Below, piece by piece: positions 43,211 through 56,944 of a DNA stretch of 64,000 nucleotides. The DNA is from Octopus vulgaris (Eukaryota). A program made the position numbers and the translations under genes. Numbering within the stretch: the first letter of the stretch is position 1; each line of letters starts with the position of its first letter. The notes below the pieces were generated by a model that made no database searches, was not told where the DNA came from, and saw nothing but the letters and a program-made list of their open reading frames with translations. Location of the stretch: positions 7,688,001 to 7,752,000 of the forward strand of contig OX597833.1 in NCBI GenBank assembly GCA_951406725.2, read 5' to 3'.

Positions 43211-43572
43211 ATATGTTTCTTTATTGGCCACACAGGGCTGCACACAGACGGGACAGAATACAAAGTAGAGCTTTTCTTTATGGGGAGAAAAGAAAAGAAA
43301 AAGGTAGGGTAGGTTTTCGATCAAAAGGGATCGTAAAAGGGAAAGGAAAGAAAAAAAAAGAAAAAGAAAAAACGATCAATAGGGATCGTGTATCACAGAA
43401 ATGTCATGATGTAAAGTGTAAAGGGGGAAGCAGATAGGGTTTATCCGTGGAATGAAAAGCCTACGGACAAGACCACAGTAACCTCGGTCAATAATGTCAC
43501 ATGTTAACACATTTGTTTGCAAGTAGGTAACCCTCTGTTTTAAATTTTTCCGGGTTCATAGGATTATGCTCA

Positions 43573-43575
<3 letters not shown>
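43211..43575 (-). mobile_element. LINE 3' UTR (probably L1/Tx1-like) with AATAAA terminus
   Basis: Minus strand: short ORF end (LSIIL*), pyrimidine-rich UTR, terminus CCCTGTGTGGCCAATAAAGAAACAT; flanked by GATA-type repeats. Clade assignment is inference. Confidence 0.5.
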
Positions 43576-43671
<96 letters not shown>

Positions 43672-43868
43672 TAGATAGGTAGGTAGGTAGGTAGGTAGTG
43701 GGTAGGTGGGTTAGGTATTATCGTTGTACGGATCTCACAATGATGTGCATACATATATATTCGTGCGCGTGTTTATGTGCGTATATACGTATGTATATAC
43801 ATATGTATGTGCGTATAGCATATGTATGCATATACCTACTTATAAACCCAAACGCACTCACGCATACA

Positions 43869-43903
<35 letters not shown>

Positions 43904-44223
43904 GTGTATTACCATAATGCAACCTTCACAACCGTCTGCATTTATTACCATTATACAAACTTCAAAGCTATCTTTGTGTGTGTGTGTGTGTGTGTATATT
44001 GTCATCAAAGACCTAGCCCTAACAACGGTTTCTCAACGTTTTCCATTTCCAGATGCCACCAGAAATCTGCGGAACGAACTCATGTCAGCCTGTTCTTTAT
44101 ACACACGGGGTATAGACCAACAGTACAAAGACACCCGGAACTTTGGTAAGACACCTCTTGTATACTTCTACATACATCTATGTACATCCATATATCATAT
44201 ATCATATATATATATATATATAT

Positions 44224-44435
44224 ATATACTTTATTTAAAGCAGCAGAAAATTCAACAAAACCTGTTACTCTGAGTTTCCCGTTGCCGTTCATAGCCAAAA
44301 CTGTCCGATGAACGGCAACGGGAAACTCAAATAGGTTTTGTTGAATTTTCTGCTGCTTTAAATAAAGTATATTACTCTTCCACTGGTATTTGAGTACTCT
44401 TTTTCCACCTTGTTTCACATTTATGTGTTTACTCC

Positions 44436-44437
<2 letters not shown>
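44224..44437. mobile_element. PLE-like fold-back insertion within (TA)n
   Basis: Near-perfect inverted arms at 44224-44292 and 44308-44372, with a hammerhead-like core at the centre. Confidence 0.7.
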
Positions 44438-44497
<60 letters not shown>

Positions 44498-44521
44498 CAC
44501 ATATACACATAACAAACACAC

Positions 44522-45115
44522 ATACATACAAGTTTGGGTTTATACTTGTAATTATTGGGGCCTTGGGATATGTAACACACTGCCTAAATACCAATCTTGA
44601 AAAATTAGGCTTCTCAAAACCAGAAAGGAGAAAACTGATTCCAAGACTACAGATCCAATCCATCACTGGAACTGTAAAAATCTGTAAAACTTTCCAGAAG
44701 TTTATCATTTAAGTATATATGAGCCTGTCTAGATATGCAAGTATATGCACGAGAAAAGATACATAAAACATACAAATCTGCACATACATACACACACATA
44801 CATACATACATACATACATACACACATGCATACATACATACATAAATACATACATACATGCACACATACATACATACATACATACATACATACATACATA
44901 CATACATACACACATGCATACATACATACATAAATACATACATACATACATACATACATACATACATACATACATACATACATACATACATACATACATG
45001 TAAAAATACCCTGTTGTTGACGTGAAATTCCAATGAAGGAGTCTTGGATCTAGATTAGAAACCGGTTCTTTCTCTATTGGCAAGAAATCTTGAAATAAAC
45101 TGAATAATGACATAC
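44522..45115 (+). mobile_element. RLE-type (R4/Dong-like) LINE 3' end with (TACA)n inside the UTR
   Basis: YKFGFILVIIGALGYV...LEKLGF...LQIQSITGTVKICKTF*; the UTR tail is repeated at 3248 and 32555. Confidence 0.75.
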
Positions 45116-45124
45116 ATGTAACAT

Positions 45125-45350
45125 CGTCCTTATTTCGTATACATTCTATCCTTTTTTCGAGGAATCTAATGCGCTTGGCTTAGATTTTCCTTGGGGCTGG
45201 CCAGATTGGAGCAATCTCAGGATTAATCAACCGAAATTGCAAGGATGACCCGGTTCTTGACTGAAGATCAAATGCTTCGAATGACCCGTCTGTGTTTTTT
45301 TGTATTGTCTATTTGGACGTTTTGCGTTCTTGTCCCATTTTGTATTTTTC
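45125..45350 (+). mobile_element. (TA)n-associated non-autonomous repeat, PLE-like
   Basis: Homologous to 20740-20940 (TCTAATGC.CTT.GCTTAGA.TTT...CCGAAAT...GAATGACCCGTCT); both end in (TA)n. Confidence 0.55.
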
Positions 45351-45398
<48 letters not shown>

Positions 45399-46060
45399 CG
45401 GCGTACGTACACTTTGTTTTCTTATATGTAAGTACATACATACGTATGTATACATTTGTATATAGTCACACGTCTGTGCTTGTTTGATGTGCTAAACTTA
45501 TACTGCTCAGATAAAATAAAACTTAATGCATTAAGTATGCGACCCCTGGGAAGGCAAATCACCATTCTTGTAAAGGAACTAAAGTACTCCATCATAATTA
45601 AAATTATTGGTACTGCCAAACTAGCTTATTACCAAAGAATCGAGGAAAATTGAGATTCAAGATAATTGTTGCTGGTACAATTGGCTAGCGTTACAAGAAA
45701 TTGGGGTGGATCTAGGGGTGGGGAAACGGGTAGATAGGTGTTGTTAAACACAACTTGAGTAATTTAAAGAATGGTACCCAAAGATGGATCAACGTCATTC
45801 AGAGTAAAGACATGCCGAGGGGAGGTGGGGGGTGGAAATCACGATTGGAACTATGATTTGGGAAAAATGTGTGTGTGTGTAATATATAATATAAAATGTG
45901 TGAGTGTGTGTGTACACGTATAAGGAGACATATGCTTACAGAGAGAAGGGGGTGGGGAAGAAGACAGACAGACAGATAGACAAACAGACAACTAGACAGA
46001 CAGACTGACTAACTGACTGACAGATAGACAGGCTGAATTACACACACACACACACAGATT

Positions 46061-46173
<113 letters not shown>

Positions 46174-46578
46174 CGAGAGAGAGAGAGAGATCACACCATG
46201 TAAAATTTATGCGTTGAGGATCACCCAGATCTTGTGTCTATACGTGGACAGACACTCATTACGTCACTGGGTCATGTGATACATTCTCTAAACATCAATC
46301 TTCAAATATTTAGATTTCCCGAAGATTTGGCGATATCAAATTGATTTACGCAGCTGAGACCGAACCCCTAATGTGGGCGATGAAAACCTTGCCAAACAAT
46401 CCGTCAGAACTGAAAAGAATAAGGAAAACACTTGCTGGGCATCCAACCATGTGTTTATTTCTTGTTACATTAACGTTAGCTGGATTGGTAATTGAACTAA
46501 TTACCTAACACGATGTCCTACACTTTCAGGGTTCGGTTCCTGTCAGAGCCTATTAATCTTACCTTTCTCAATTTCGTG

Positions 46579-46940
46579 TTTAACTCTTGTAATATCAACC
46601 CGTCCGAGATCACCCCCTGATTCTAGGATATAAACCTCTTGCTTTAATCTATTCTAAATTAAGACCTCCCTTCAAAATTTTAAGTTTTGTTCTAAACACC
46701 AGCTTAATAATGGCAGAATTATTTTCTAAATTCTATTAGTACCTTCGAAGTAAAAGCAGTGTATTTCGAATGGAATGTCGTAAGAAAAGGGTTGAAGGGA
46801 CCGAAATTAAAATCATCCATCAAAATTTCCTGCTAATTTGTTCCAAACGCCAACTTAATAATTTTTATTAAATTCATCATTTAATTTAAAATAAACTGAA
46901 AAAGAGTGACAGAGTGTTTCGACATAAAAAGTGTAACAAG
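46579..46940 (-). mobile_element. piggyBac-like MITE copy plus adjacent partial copy
   Basis: Homologous in reverse to 10043-10410; termini resemble TTAAC.CTT and AAAGGGTT.AA. Confidence 0.55.
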
Positions 46941-46954
46941 ATGCCTGATATGGA

Positions 46955-47272
46955 ATATTGGTTCCAAAGTTTGGCACATGGCCAGGAATTTCGGGGGATA
47001 AATCAATTACGTAGAACCCCAGTGCTCAAACTGGTATTTATTTTATCGATCCCGATATGATGAAAGGCAAAGTCGATCTTGGTGGAATCTGAACTCAGAA
47101 CATAAAGTCGGAAGAAATACCTATTTCTTTACTACCCACAAGTGGCTAAACACAGAAAGGACAAACAAACGGATTAAGTTGATTATATCGACCCCAGTGC
47201 GTAAATGGTATTTAAGAAATACCACTAAGCATTTTTTCCAGCTCGGTAACGATTTTGCCAGCTCGCCGCCTT
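46955..47272 (-). mobile_element. SINE family B, dimeric/rearranged
   Basis: Ends GCCAGCTCGCCGCC; contains both tail types. Confidence 0.85.
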
Positions 47273-48106
47273 CTTAATATGTATAAAATACTGTTAGTAA
47301 TTGTTGTTCAGAGCAAATGATGATATCCAAGTTCAGAGATCACACGTTCGAATCGATTGCAGGTTATTTCTTTTTATAAACACCGGACTGTTTTCCTTCT
47401 GTACATCTCGCTGTGGAGTATGTCTGACACACGCAATTCTTCCCGAGACGTACAAGTGACAGTACGAGATGTTATCAAACAGCAGACTTATGTTTCATTC
47501 ACTTAACACACCACAGATCTTCAAGATAAGCACAAATCTGACAGAGTTACTGCTGTACAAGAGACGAAGTGGGATGTCTGTATGTTATCATTATCAGTTC
47601 AAGAAATATAGAAATAAAATCTATAAAATGATGTCAAGAAGAAAGACTAACACAATCTGTGGAACATTATAAATTAGAAATTTAATAAAATATATCACGT
47701 AGAACTTATGAAACCTATAAAGTTAACATTAAAGGATTGTCGAGACAAACAAAAAGAAAAGCAGCTAGAATATGTAAATATGAAAATAACATGTGAAGAT
47801 ACGTATCTACGGCTACATCTCTAGTGTTATATCATCTTTCGTTGGTAGACGAGCGCCATGTTCTTTTGAAGATGTCAGCGGGATGTGAACAAATGTTAGA
47901 CATAATGTTTCTATTGCAAACACTCGTTGGACACATTGTTTTACCCTCCAGCTAAGATGTCTACCTCGCCATTCAACCATGTGGCCTCCCTCTTTTACAA
48001 TACCCCTCTTTTTTCTTTTCTAACGACGTTCTGTCTTTTCTCTTTCTCCACGTTTTCCTAAAACTTTTATACACATTAATGTGTGTGTGTGTGTGTATGT
48101 GTGTGT

Positions 48107-48142
<36 letters not shown>

Positions 48143-48806
48143 TGTATTGTAAGCTGCAGATGATATAAACCTGACAGAAGGGAGGAAGAGAGATTGATAG
48201 AAAATGTTTCTACTCAAGAATGCCTGATGCCAGAGAAATAAAACGGAAGATATAACGAAGACAAAAAAAAGGTTAAAAAATAAATAAAACGAGAGAAAGA
48301 AGGAAAGAGACAAAAGAACCATCCCTGCTGTTGATTATTCCTCCATTCTTCCTCCACACTCTTTGCTCTTTCATCTTGCGCCATGTCGGACCCGCTGCTT
48401 CAAATATGGTCGACAGCCGACACACCACGGCTGTTGGATTAAGCACAGGGAGGCCCGCCGTTTGTTTATTTTTGCCACTTTTCACTTCAATGAGTAGCTA
48501 ACTTTCAAAAACGAAACTCACAGGAAAAAAATGGAGGGAAAAATTTTGATGGAGAGGTCTTCGTATTTTTTTTAGTTTTAATGTCTTTTTCGTCATGAAT
48601 CAATTGTACGTGTGTGTGTATGGATAAGTATGCCTGTACACTCAAACACATACACACACGCACGCACACACACATGCACTGATATAAATATATATACTTA
48701 CACATATGAATATGTAGGTGTATACGTACTTCTTCATGCAAGGGTATATGTGTGTGTGCGCGCCTATTGCGCCTATTTCGTGAATATCTACCTATCAATC
48801 TTATTT

Positions 48807-49032
48807 CTTTATTGCCCACAAGGGGCTAAACATAGAAGGAACAAACAAGGCAGGCATAGGGATTAAGTCGATTATATCGACCCCAGTGCGTAACTGGTAC
48901 TTAATTTATCGACCCCGAAAGGATGAAAGGCAAAGTCGACCTTGGCGGAATTTGAACTCGGAACGTAACGGTAGACGAAATATCGCAATGCATTTCGCCC
49001 GGCGCGCTAACATTTCTGCCAGCTCGCCGCCT
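48807..49032 (-). mobile_element. SINE family B, full length, 22-bp flanking direct repeat
   Basis: TATCTACCTATCAATCTTATTT at 48785-48806 and 49033-49054. Confidence 0.92.
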
Positions 49033-49222
49033 TATCTACCTATCAATCTTATTTGCCTCTGTCTGTTTCTATTCATCTATCTTTCCCCCTATCTATCTAT
49101 TTATCTAGCTAGCTAGCTAGCTATCCTGTCTGTCCACCACCCTATGTTCTATCTATCTTTTTATCGATCTATCTATCCACCTGCTTGACTGTCAATCTAT
49201 CCATCTCGCTATATTCTTTCTT

Positions 49223-49290
<68 letters not shown>

Positions 49291-49318
49291 CCTACCTATC
49301 TATCTATATATCTATCTT

Positions 49319-49359
<41 letters not shown>

Positions 49360-49645
49360 ATATCTATCTATCTATCCTTCTGTCTGTTAGAGTGAAACTG
49401 GCCGTGGGAAACTGTACTGAAGACCTGTAATTCAATAATCCATTTTTGTAACACATTCTAGCAAGCAGATTATCCCTAAAAAATACTCGATCACTTCAAA
49501 CTCAATCAATCTATTTATCTAAATTCAATACTCAGCCACTTCAATTCAAGACAGACAGAGTTATGGAAGCGTAAACGCACCCTCACCGGTTGCCAAGCAC
49601 ACAATCGCGCATGCGCACATAGATCTATACATATATATTATTTTA

Positions 49646-50030
49646 GTCTTTCTTTTACTTGTTTCAGTCATTTGACTGCGGCCATGCTGGAGCACCGCCT
49701 TTAGTCGAGCAAATCGATCCCAGGACTTATTCTTTGTAAGCCTAGTACTTATTCTATCGGGTTCCTTTTGCCGAACCGCTAAGATACGGCTGTCAAGCGA
49801 TGTTGGGGAGACAAACACAGACATACAAACATATACACACATATATACATACAAACATACATACATATACGACGGACTTTTTTCAGTTTCCGTCTACCAA
49901 ATCCACTCACAAGGCTTTGGTGTGCCCGAGGCTATAGCAGAAGACACTTGCCCAAGGTGCCACGCAGTGGGATTGAACCTGTAACCATGTGGTTGGTAAG
50001 CAAGCTACTTACCACACATCCATCATGCGC
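49646..50030 (-). mobile_element. SINE family A
   Basis: Reverse complement of the family A consensus. Confidence 0.9.
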
Positions 50031-50199
50031 CTGTGTATATATATATTATACACACACATATATACATATATATGTGTGTGTGTGTATGTATATACAGTAT
50101 ATATGCATGTATATATGTGTGTATGCATGTAAGGTTGATTTTTTTGTATTCTGTGTGTACATTTGTGTTTAATTAAATTTTAGTCTATGTGCGCGAACT

Positions 50200-50353
<154 letters not shown>

Positions 50354-50756
50354 AGAGAGAGATGTCGTGACATTTCCCAGTCCTTCCACAATAACAATGT
50401 ACAGACCCAAAGATTTCTAAAAAAAAATCAAAGGCTCCCATCGCAAAGAAGGTTTCGCCAGATTTCTCACCTGTTTAAATACTACCGGTGGAGGCGGCGG
50501 CGGCGGTGGCACTGGTGGAGGCGGTGGTGGCGGTGGTGGTGGTGGTGGTGGTGGTCGTCGTCGTCGTGGTGGTGGTGGTGGTTGTGGTGGTGGTGGTGGT
50601 GGTGGTCGTCGTCGTCGTCGTGGTCGTGGTGGTGGTGGTGGTAATGATATCTTCTGCTGCTTCTATCCTCACACCACCACCATTACCACCGCTATAATCT
50701 CCATATATGGGTGTGTATGTATGTACGTATTTACGTATATATATGTGTGTATGTAG

Positions 50757-50847
<91 letters not shown>

Positions 50848-50901
50848 AGTATGGATATGTGTGTGTGGTGAGTTTGAATTATGTTCTTAATAGCCGCGAA
50901 A

Positions 50902-51405
50902 GGGCAGCGAGCTGGCAGAATCGTTAGCATGCCGGGGCGGAGCGTTTAGCGGTATGTCATCTACTGTTACGTTCTGAGTTCAAATTCCACCGAGGTCGAC
51001 TTTGCCGTTCATCCTTTCGGAGTCGATAAAATAAGGACCAGCTGAGCACTGGGACCGATGTAATCGACTTAACCCGTCCCCCGAATTTGCTAGCCTCATG
51101 TCCAAATTTGAAACCAATTTTAGGGGAAAGCCGACCATTCTGCCTGTAACTTCGTCCCAACAAATATGGTCCCCTCCTCCCACAACAGCAACAGAAACAT
51201 AATAATAAGGATTTCAAATTTTGGCACAAGGCCAGCAAGTTTAGGGGATTACATCGACCCCAGCACTCGACTGGTACTTATTTTACCGACCCCGAAATGG
51301 CGAAAGGCAGATTGACTTTGGTGGAATTTGAACTGTGAACTCAAAGAACCGAAACAAAAACCTCCAAGTATTGTCTGGCGCACTTAACGATTCCGCCAGT
51401 TTGCC
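50902..51405. mobile_element. inverted pair of SINE family B (50902-51120 +, 51210-51405 -)
   Basis: Both match family B, arranged tail to tail about 90 bp apart. Confidence 0.85.
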
Positions 51406-51414
51406 ATCGAAGAA

Positions 51415-51602
51415 ATCGAGAAAAATTGAGGAATATCGTGACCCAGAGTTGAAGAGATTCTGATAACAAAAGCAACGATTATTCATGTGATAATTGGTGC
51501 CTTTGGCACAACAATGGCTAAAATGGTAACAAAGATGCTGGAACATCCCGGAATTGTGTCACTGTATTCTGCAAGAATCTTAAAAAAGATTCTTGAGACT
51601 AG
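51415..51602 (+). mobile_element. degenerate R4/Dong-type LINE 3' fragment
   Basis: KKIEEYRDPELKRF*...IIHVIIGAFGT...LYSARILKKILE. Confidence 0.6.
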
Positions 51603-51839
51603 AAAACAGTATCCCTACCAACTAAAGTACCGTGTAATAATTGAAATAAAAATGAAGGTGTCTTACAAAGACACACAAAACCAGAGATTTTATCCCAAAA
51701 AAATGCAAACGATTGAGTGGACAGCTTTGCGTAACTTTCCTTTCTAAAACCTGGAAAGACGAATTTTGAATTTGATAACAGCGAGAATTTGAACACCGAT
51801 TAACAAATACCAAAAACTAAATTCTGTTTAATGTTTTCT

Positions 51840-52560
51840 TTGTGACATGTTTGATGTAGCATAGCCAATACGTTTATGATTGATGTGTGATGTTTGATAT
51901 ACCGTCTTCATGTTTGATGCAATATATCTTATGTGTTAAGGCGGTGAGCGGGCAGAAACGATTGCAGGTGAAATGCTTTACGTTCTGAGTTCAAATTCCC
52001 CCGAGGTCGACTTTACCTTTCATCCTTTCGGGGTCGATGAATTAAGTACCAGTTGAGTACTAGGGTCGATCTAATCGACTGGCCCCCTCACCAAAAATTT
52101 CGGGCCTTGTGCCTAGAGTAGAAAAGAATATATCTTATGTGTTAGGCCAATGTTTGGTGTGGGATATTTTCATGTCTGATTCTCACGAGCAACCGATCAT
52201 GTTTGATGTGTGATGTTTGAAATATTGTCTTCATGTCTGATATTTCATGAATAATGCCTCATGTTTCATGGGTGATGTTTAATACATTCATTACATGTCT
52301 GATTTAAAATGTCTGGTGTGTCATAACCAATATATTTATGCTTGATGTTGATGTTCGATACATCGTTTCCACGTCTATTGTAGCATGTTTGATGTAACGC
52401 GACCAATACACCATGTTTGATGTGTGATGTTTGACACATCGTCTTCGTGTCTGATGCATCATGACAAATATCTCAATGTTTGATGTAGAATGCTACGTTT
52501 GCTATATCAGGACTACTATCTCGTGTTCGAAGTATCATTTTCCAATGTGTCATGTAGAAT
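51840..52560. repeat. degenerate minisatellite (CATGTTTGATGTGTGATGTTTGA-type units)
   Basis: Many diverged TGT(T/C)TGATG units; interrupted by a SINE at 51939-52126. Confidence 0.75.
51939..52126 (+). mobile_element. SINE family B with 18-bp TSD
   Basis: AATATATCTTATGTGTTA at 51921-51938 and 52127-52144. Confidence 0.92.
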
Positions 52561-52989
52561 ATGCCGTATTTAAAATACCAATCTTATGGGTGCTGTGACC
52601 TAATTAGCGACCCGGAAGTGATGTGACGTAATGGACGTGTGTCAAACAGATGTTCCACCAAAGATGTGATACATCGTATTTATATACGACTTTTCGTTGT
52701 GTTTCCAAACCTGAATCTATGACGTAACAACGAAATTCGCTGGAGGGGGCACAAAAGGGGCTGATAAGACCCAAACAGGAGGACGTAAAGAAAACAACAC
52801 GTTGAAAAATAAGTTCTTTAAAAACAACAGATTTCTGCATAATGTGAAATGCCCCTAGCAACTATGAATGTGTGTGTGCGCATGCGTATGTGTATATAAA
52901 TATGTATGAATGTATGGATGTATATATACACATACATGAGTATGTGTATGTATATAAATTTGTGTGAGTGTATGTGTATGTACACAAAT

Positions 52990-53057
<68 letters not shown>

Positions 53058-53385
53058 CATGCATATATAGATACATACATGCACGCAAATATATATATGT
53101 GCATATGCAAGTGTATATATATTTGTGTGTTCGCATGTTTTATGTATGTATATATATATATATATATATATATAAGTATATATATAGAGAATTACATATA
53201 TATGTGCATACACACACACACATGTATGTATGTATGTCTATGCCTATTTACATGTAGATATTGAAAGAGGCAAGGAAATCCAACAGAACCGGAAGTGTAA
53301 CGAGATTGTCAAAATGGGGAAGTGGTCACATCCGGACGTTGACTTTTTCCATATGTCTTTTTCCATGTGTACATATATATGTGTT

Positions 53386-53427
<42 letters not shown>

Positions 53428-53545
53428 GGAAGGGAGATGGAGAGAGCGATTGTATGTGTTTTGGGGAAGAGTCTTGTAAGGAAACCCGTCAAATAGAGCA
53501 CCTGTCTGGTACTCTGAGTTACATAGTTGTGTGGTGACGCTTGCG

Positions 53546-53588
<43 letters not shown>

Positions 53589-53953
53589 CGATGATGATGG
53601 TGGTGACGATGATGATGACGATGATGATGATGACGATGATGATGATGATGACGATGATGATGATGACGATGATGATGATGATGATGACGATGATGATGAT
53701 GATGATGATTGTGCAGATGAGGAGGAGAGGTTGAGGGTGGGGAAGAAGAGCAAATCTTAAATGATGATTAAGACACACGCATACACACACATATACTATT
53801 GTCACTAAGAGTGACTAAAGGTGAAAGTCAGTATCACCATTGCTAGAAATAAGAGTCAAAAACTACACTTAGCCACGAACGGACCATTTTCTGTTCAACA
53901 GAACACTTTCTATTCATTGTGTCTGGCCAGTTTAATAGTTTTATACATACATA

Positions 53954-54077
53954 CGAAGTCTGATCAATAAATATCCCGACTGTTGCCATAGTAACGAAGC
54001 TAAAACGAGAACAGTAAAGCAGCTTGGCTTAGAGTGACCTTAAACTTTACTGTGCATGCGCAAAAAGATTTAACGTT
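53954..54077 (+). mobile_element. mariner-type terminal fragment
   Basis: TA followed by CGAAGTCTGATCAATAAATATCCCGACT resembles mariner TIRs (CGAGG.CTG..CAATAAGT..CCG.ACT); no second TIR found. Confidence 0.55.
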
Positions 54078-54303
54078 TGTGCGCATGCTTGCGAAACTAG
54101 GAATCTATATTATTCAGAATTTCTGTCAAAAACAGTTTAGGCCTTTCACTTGTATTGAGTACTTTATTCAGCGAATGTTACCGACTTCTAATTTACTTTT
54201 TTAAATAAAGAAAGGCACCCACTCCACACAGCACACACAGCTGTACATATACACACGAATATATAGCTACGCATGCGTTTTGTATTATGTATGTACGTGT
54301 ATG

Positions 54304-54400
<97 letters not shown>

Positions 54401-54430
54401 ATATAAATATATATATATGGATGAATATAT

Positions 54431-54821
54431 TCTTTTACTTTTCACAGTCATTTGACTGCGCTCATGCTGGAGCATCGCATTTAGTCGAACAAATCGACCC
54501 CAGGTCTTAATCTTTGTAAGCCTAATACTTATGCTATCGGTCTCTTTTACCGAACATTTAGGCTATGGGACGTAGGCAAGCGAACATCGGTTGTCAAGCG
54601 ATGGTAGGTGACAAACACACACACACACACAAACACACACACAAACACACACACGCACGCACACGCACGCACACGATGGGCTTCTTTCAGTTTCCATCTA
54701 CCAAATCCACTCACAAGGCTTTGGTCAGCCCGAGGCTATAATAGAAGGGCCCTACATAAGGTGTCATGCAGTGGGACTGAACCCGGAACCATGTGGTTGG
54801 GAAGCAAGCTTCTTACCACAC
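54431..54821 (-). mobile_element. SINE family A
   Basis: Reverse complement of the family A consensus. Confidence 0.9.
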
Positions 54822-55011
54822 ATACACACACACACTCACATAATATGTGTATGTATGTATGTATGTATGTATATACCCGCGCATTTACATATCTATATAT
54901 AACCCAGCTATACATGGTGTATATTATTGCTATTAATAACGTTGTTTTTGTGACCCTGTTCCAATATAAGCAACTAATCATATTGTTATTATTGTTGTTG
55001 TTGTTGCTGTT

Positions 55012-55059
<48 letters not shown>

Positions 55060-55392
55060 GGTGGTGGTGGTGTTGGTGGTGTTGGTGGTGGTACTCGTGT
55101 TCTTGTTGTTCCTGCTGTAGTTGTTCCTCGAACGAGATCTCATCTCTCATCTTAACCTACACCTAATCTTAACATTCTTCTCTCTATTTTTTGCAATAAA
55201 CTTATAAGAGGAGTGGGTGTCCCGGTGGTCTGCGGCGGTAGGGGTGGTGGAGGTGGTGGTGTTGATGGTGGCGGCGGGGCTTTTCGGTGGTGGATGTGAC
55301 AGTGGCGGTGGTGGTGACGGTGATGGTACTGATGGGATCGTACCAGTCTTCTCTCAGTGGGAGGTCTTTCCATATCTGACTGTCTTTTTGGA

Positions 55393-55482
<90 letters not shown>

Positions 55483-55620
55483 TTATTTGTCCGTATGTCA
55501 ATCTCTCTATCGATCCATGTTTCTATCTATGTCTACCTACATTCACATCTTTCTATTTATTCAACTATCTTACTCCCTTTATATCTGTCTATCCATACAT
55601 CGATCTATCTACCTATCTAT

Positions 55621-55681
<61 letters not shown>

Positions 55682-55916
55682 TGCGCGCGCACGTAGGTAG
55701 GCGCACGCGCGTTACGTATATGTGTGTGTTTGCGTAGGCCCTTCTATAAACCTATTTGTCAAGCTTATTTTTCTCTAATATATATATTTTTATATATCTG
55801 TGTACATGCACAGATTCACATACTTATATCTCCCCGTTTTCCACCTCTTTCCTTCTCTGTGGTTATATACATATGCACACACACATATATATTATACGCA
55901 TGTATAAATATGCAAG

Positions 55917-55964
<48 letters not shown>

Positions 55965-56016
55965 ATATATTATATATATGTGGGTAATTATATATATGCA
56001 TGTATAAATATGCAAG

Positions 56017-56060
<44 letters not shown>

Positions 56061-56540
56061 TACATAATATATATATATATATGTGTGTGTGTATGTATGT
56101 ATATATATATATAGGTACATATATATATATATATATCTATGTATGTATATATATATACATACATATATATATATATGTATATATGTGTTATGTATGTATG
56201 TATGTATGTATGTATGTATGTATGTATGTATGTATGTGTATATATATATGTATATATATGTCTGTCAGTCGGTCACTGTGCTAAAGTGATGAGACATGTT
56301 GGTGAGCAGTGCGAACTGATTCGGTCCAATTTCGTTCCTTCCAAGAAGAGCAATTAAAAGCGGGAAGAAGGAGAGGCTGAAAGGAAACAAAAATAAACAA
56401 AGAAATATAAAATAAACGCCGAGGTGGGGGAGGTCTTTAATGGACTTTTCCATTATTATATCCAGTTATATTTTCGTTAGCAGCTAATCTGCGGAGAAAA
56501 ACCTGGCATGGAGCGGGCAAAGGAAATTGGGGAAAGAAGT

Positions 56541-56542
<2 letters not shown>

Positions 56543-56584
<42 letters not shown>

Positions 56585-56630
56585 TGATAATAATAATAAC
56601 AACAACAACAACAACAACAATAACAACAAC

Positions 56631-56667
<37 letters not shown>

Positions 56668-56778
56668 TTAAAAATAATAAAAATAATAATAATAATAACA
56701 ACAACAACAATAACAACAACAACAACAACAATAATAATAATGATAATAATAATAATAAATAATAAATAATAATAATGA

Positions 56779-56826
<48 letters not shown>

Positions 56827-56887
56827 CAACAACAACAACAACAATAACAACAACAGTAATGATAATAATAATAATAATAATAATAAC

Positions 56888-56943
<56 letters not shown>
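56543..56943. repeat. (AAT/AAC)n microsatellite, about 400 bp
   Basis: Visible directly; abuts the tail of the SINE at 56944. Confidence 0.95.

Positions 56944-56944
<1 letters not shown>

Noticed and set aside
45480-45720. Possible Tx1/L1 ORF2 C-terminal remnant (IIGTAKLAYY)
   Set aside because: Similarity is too weak to call.
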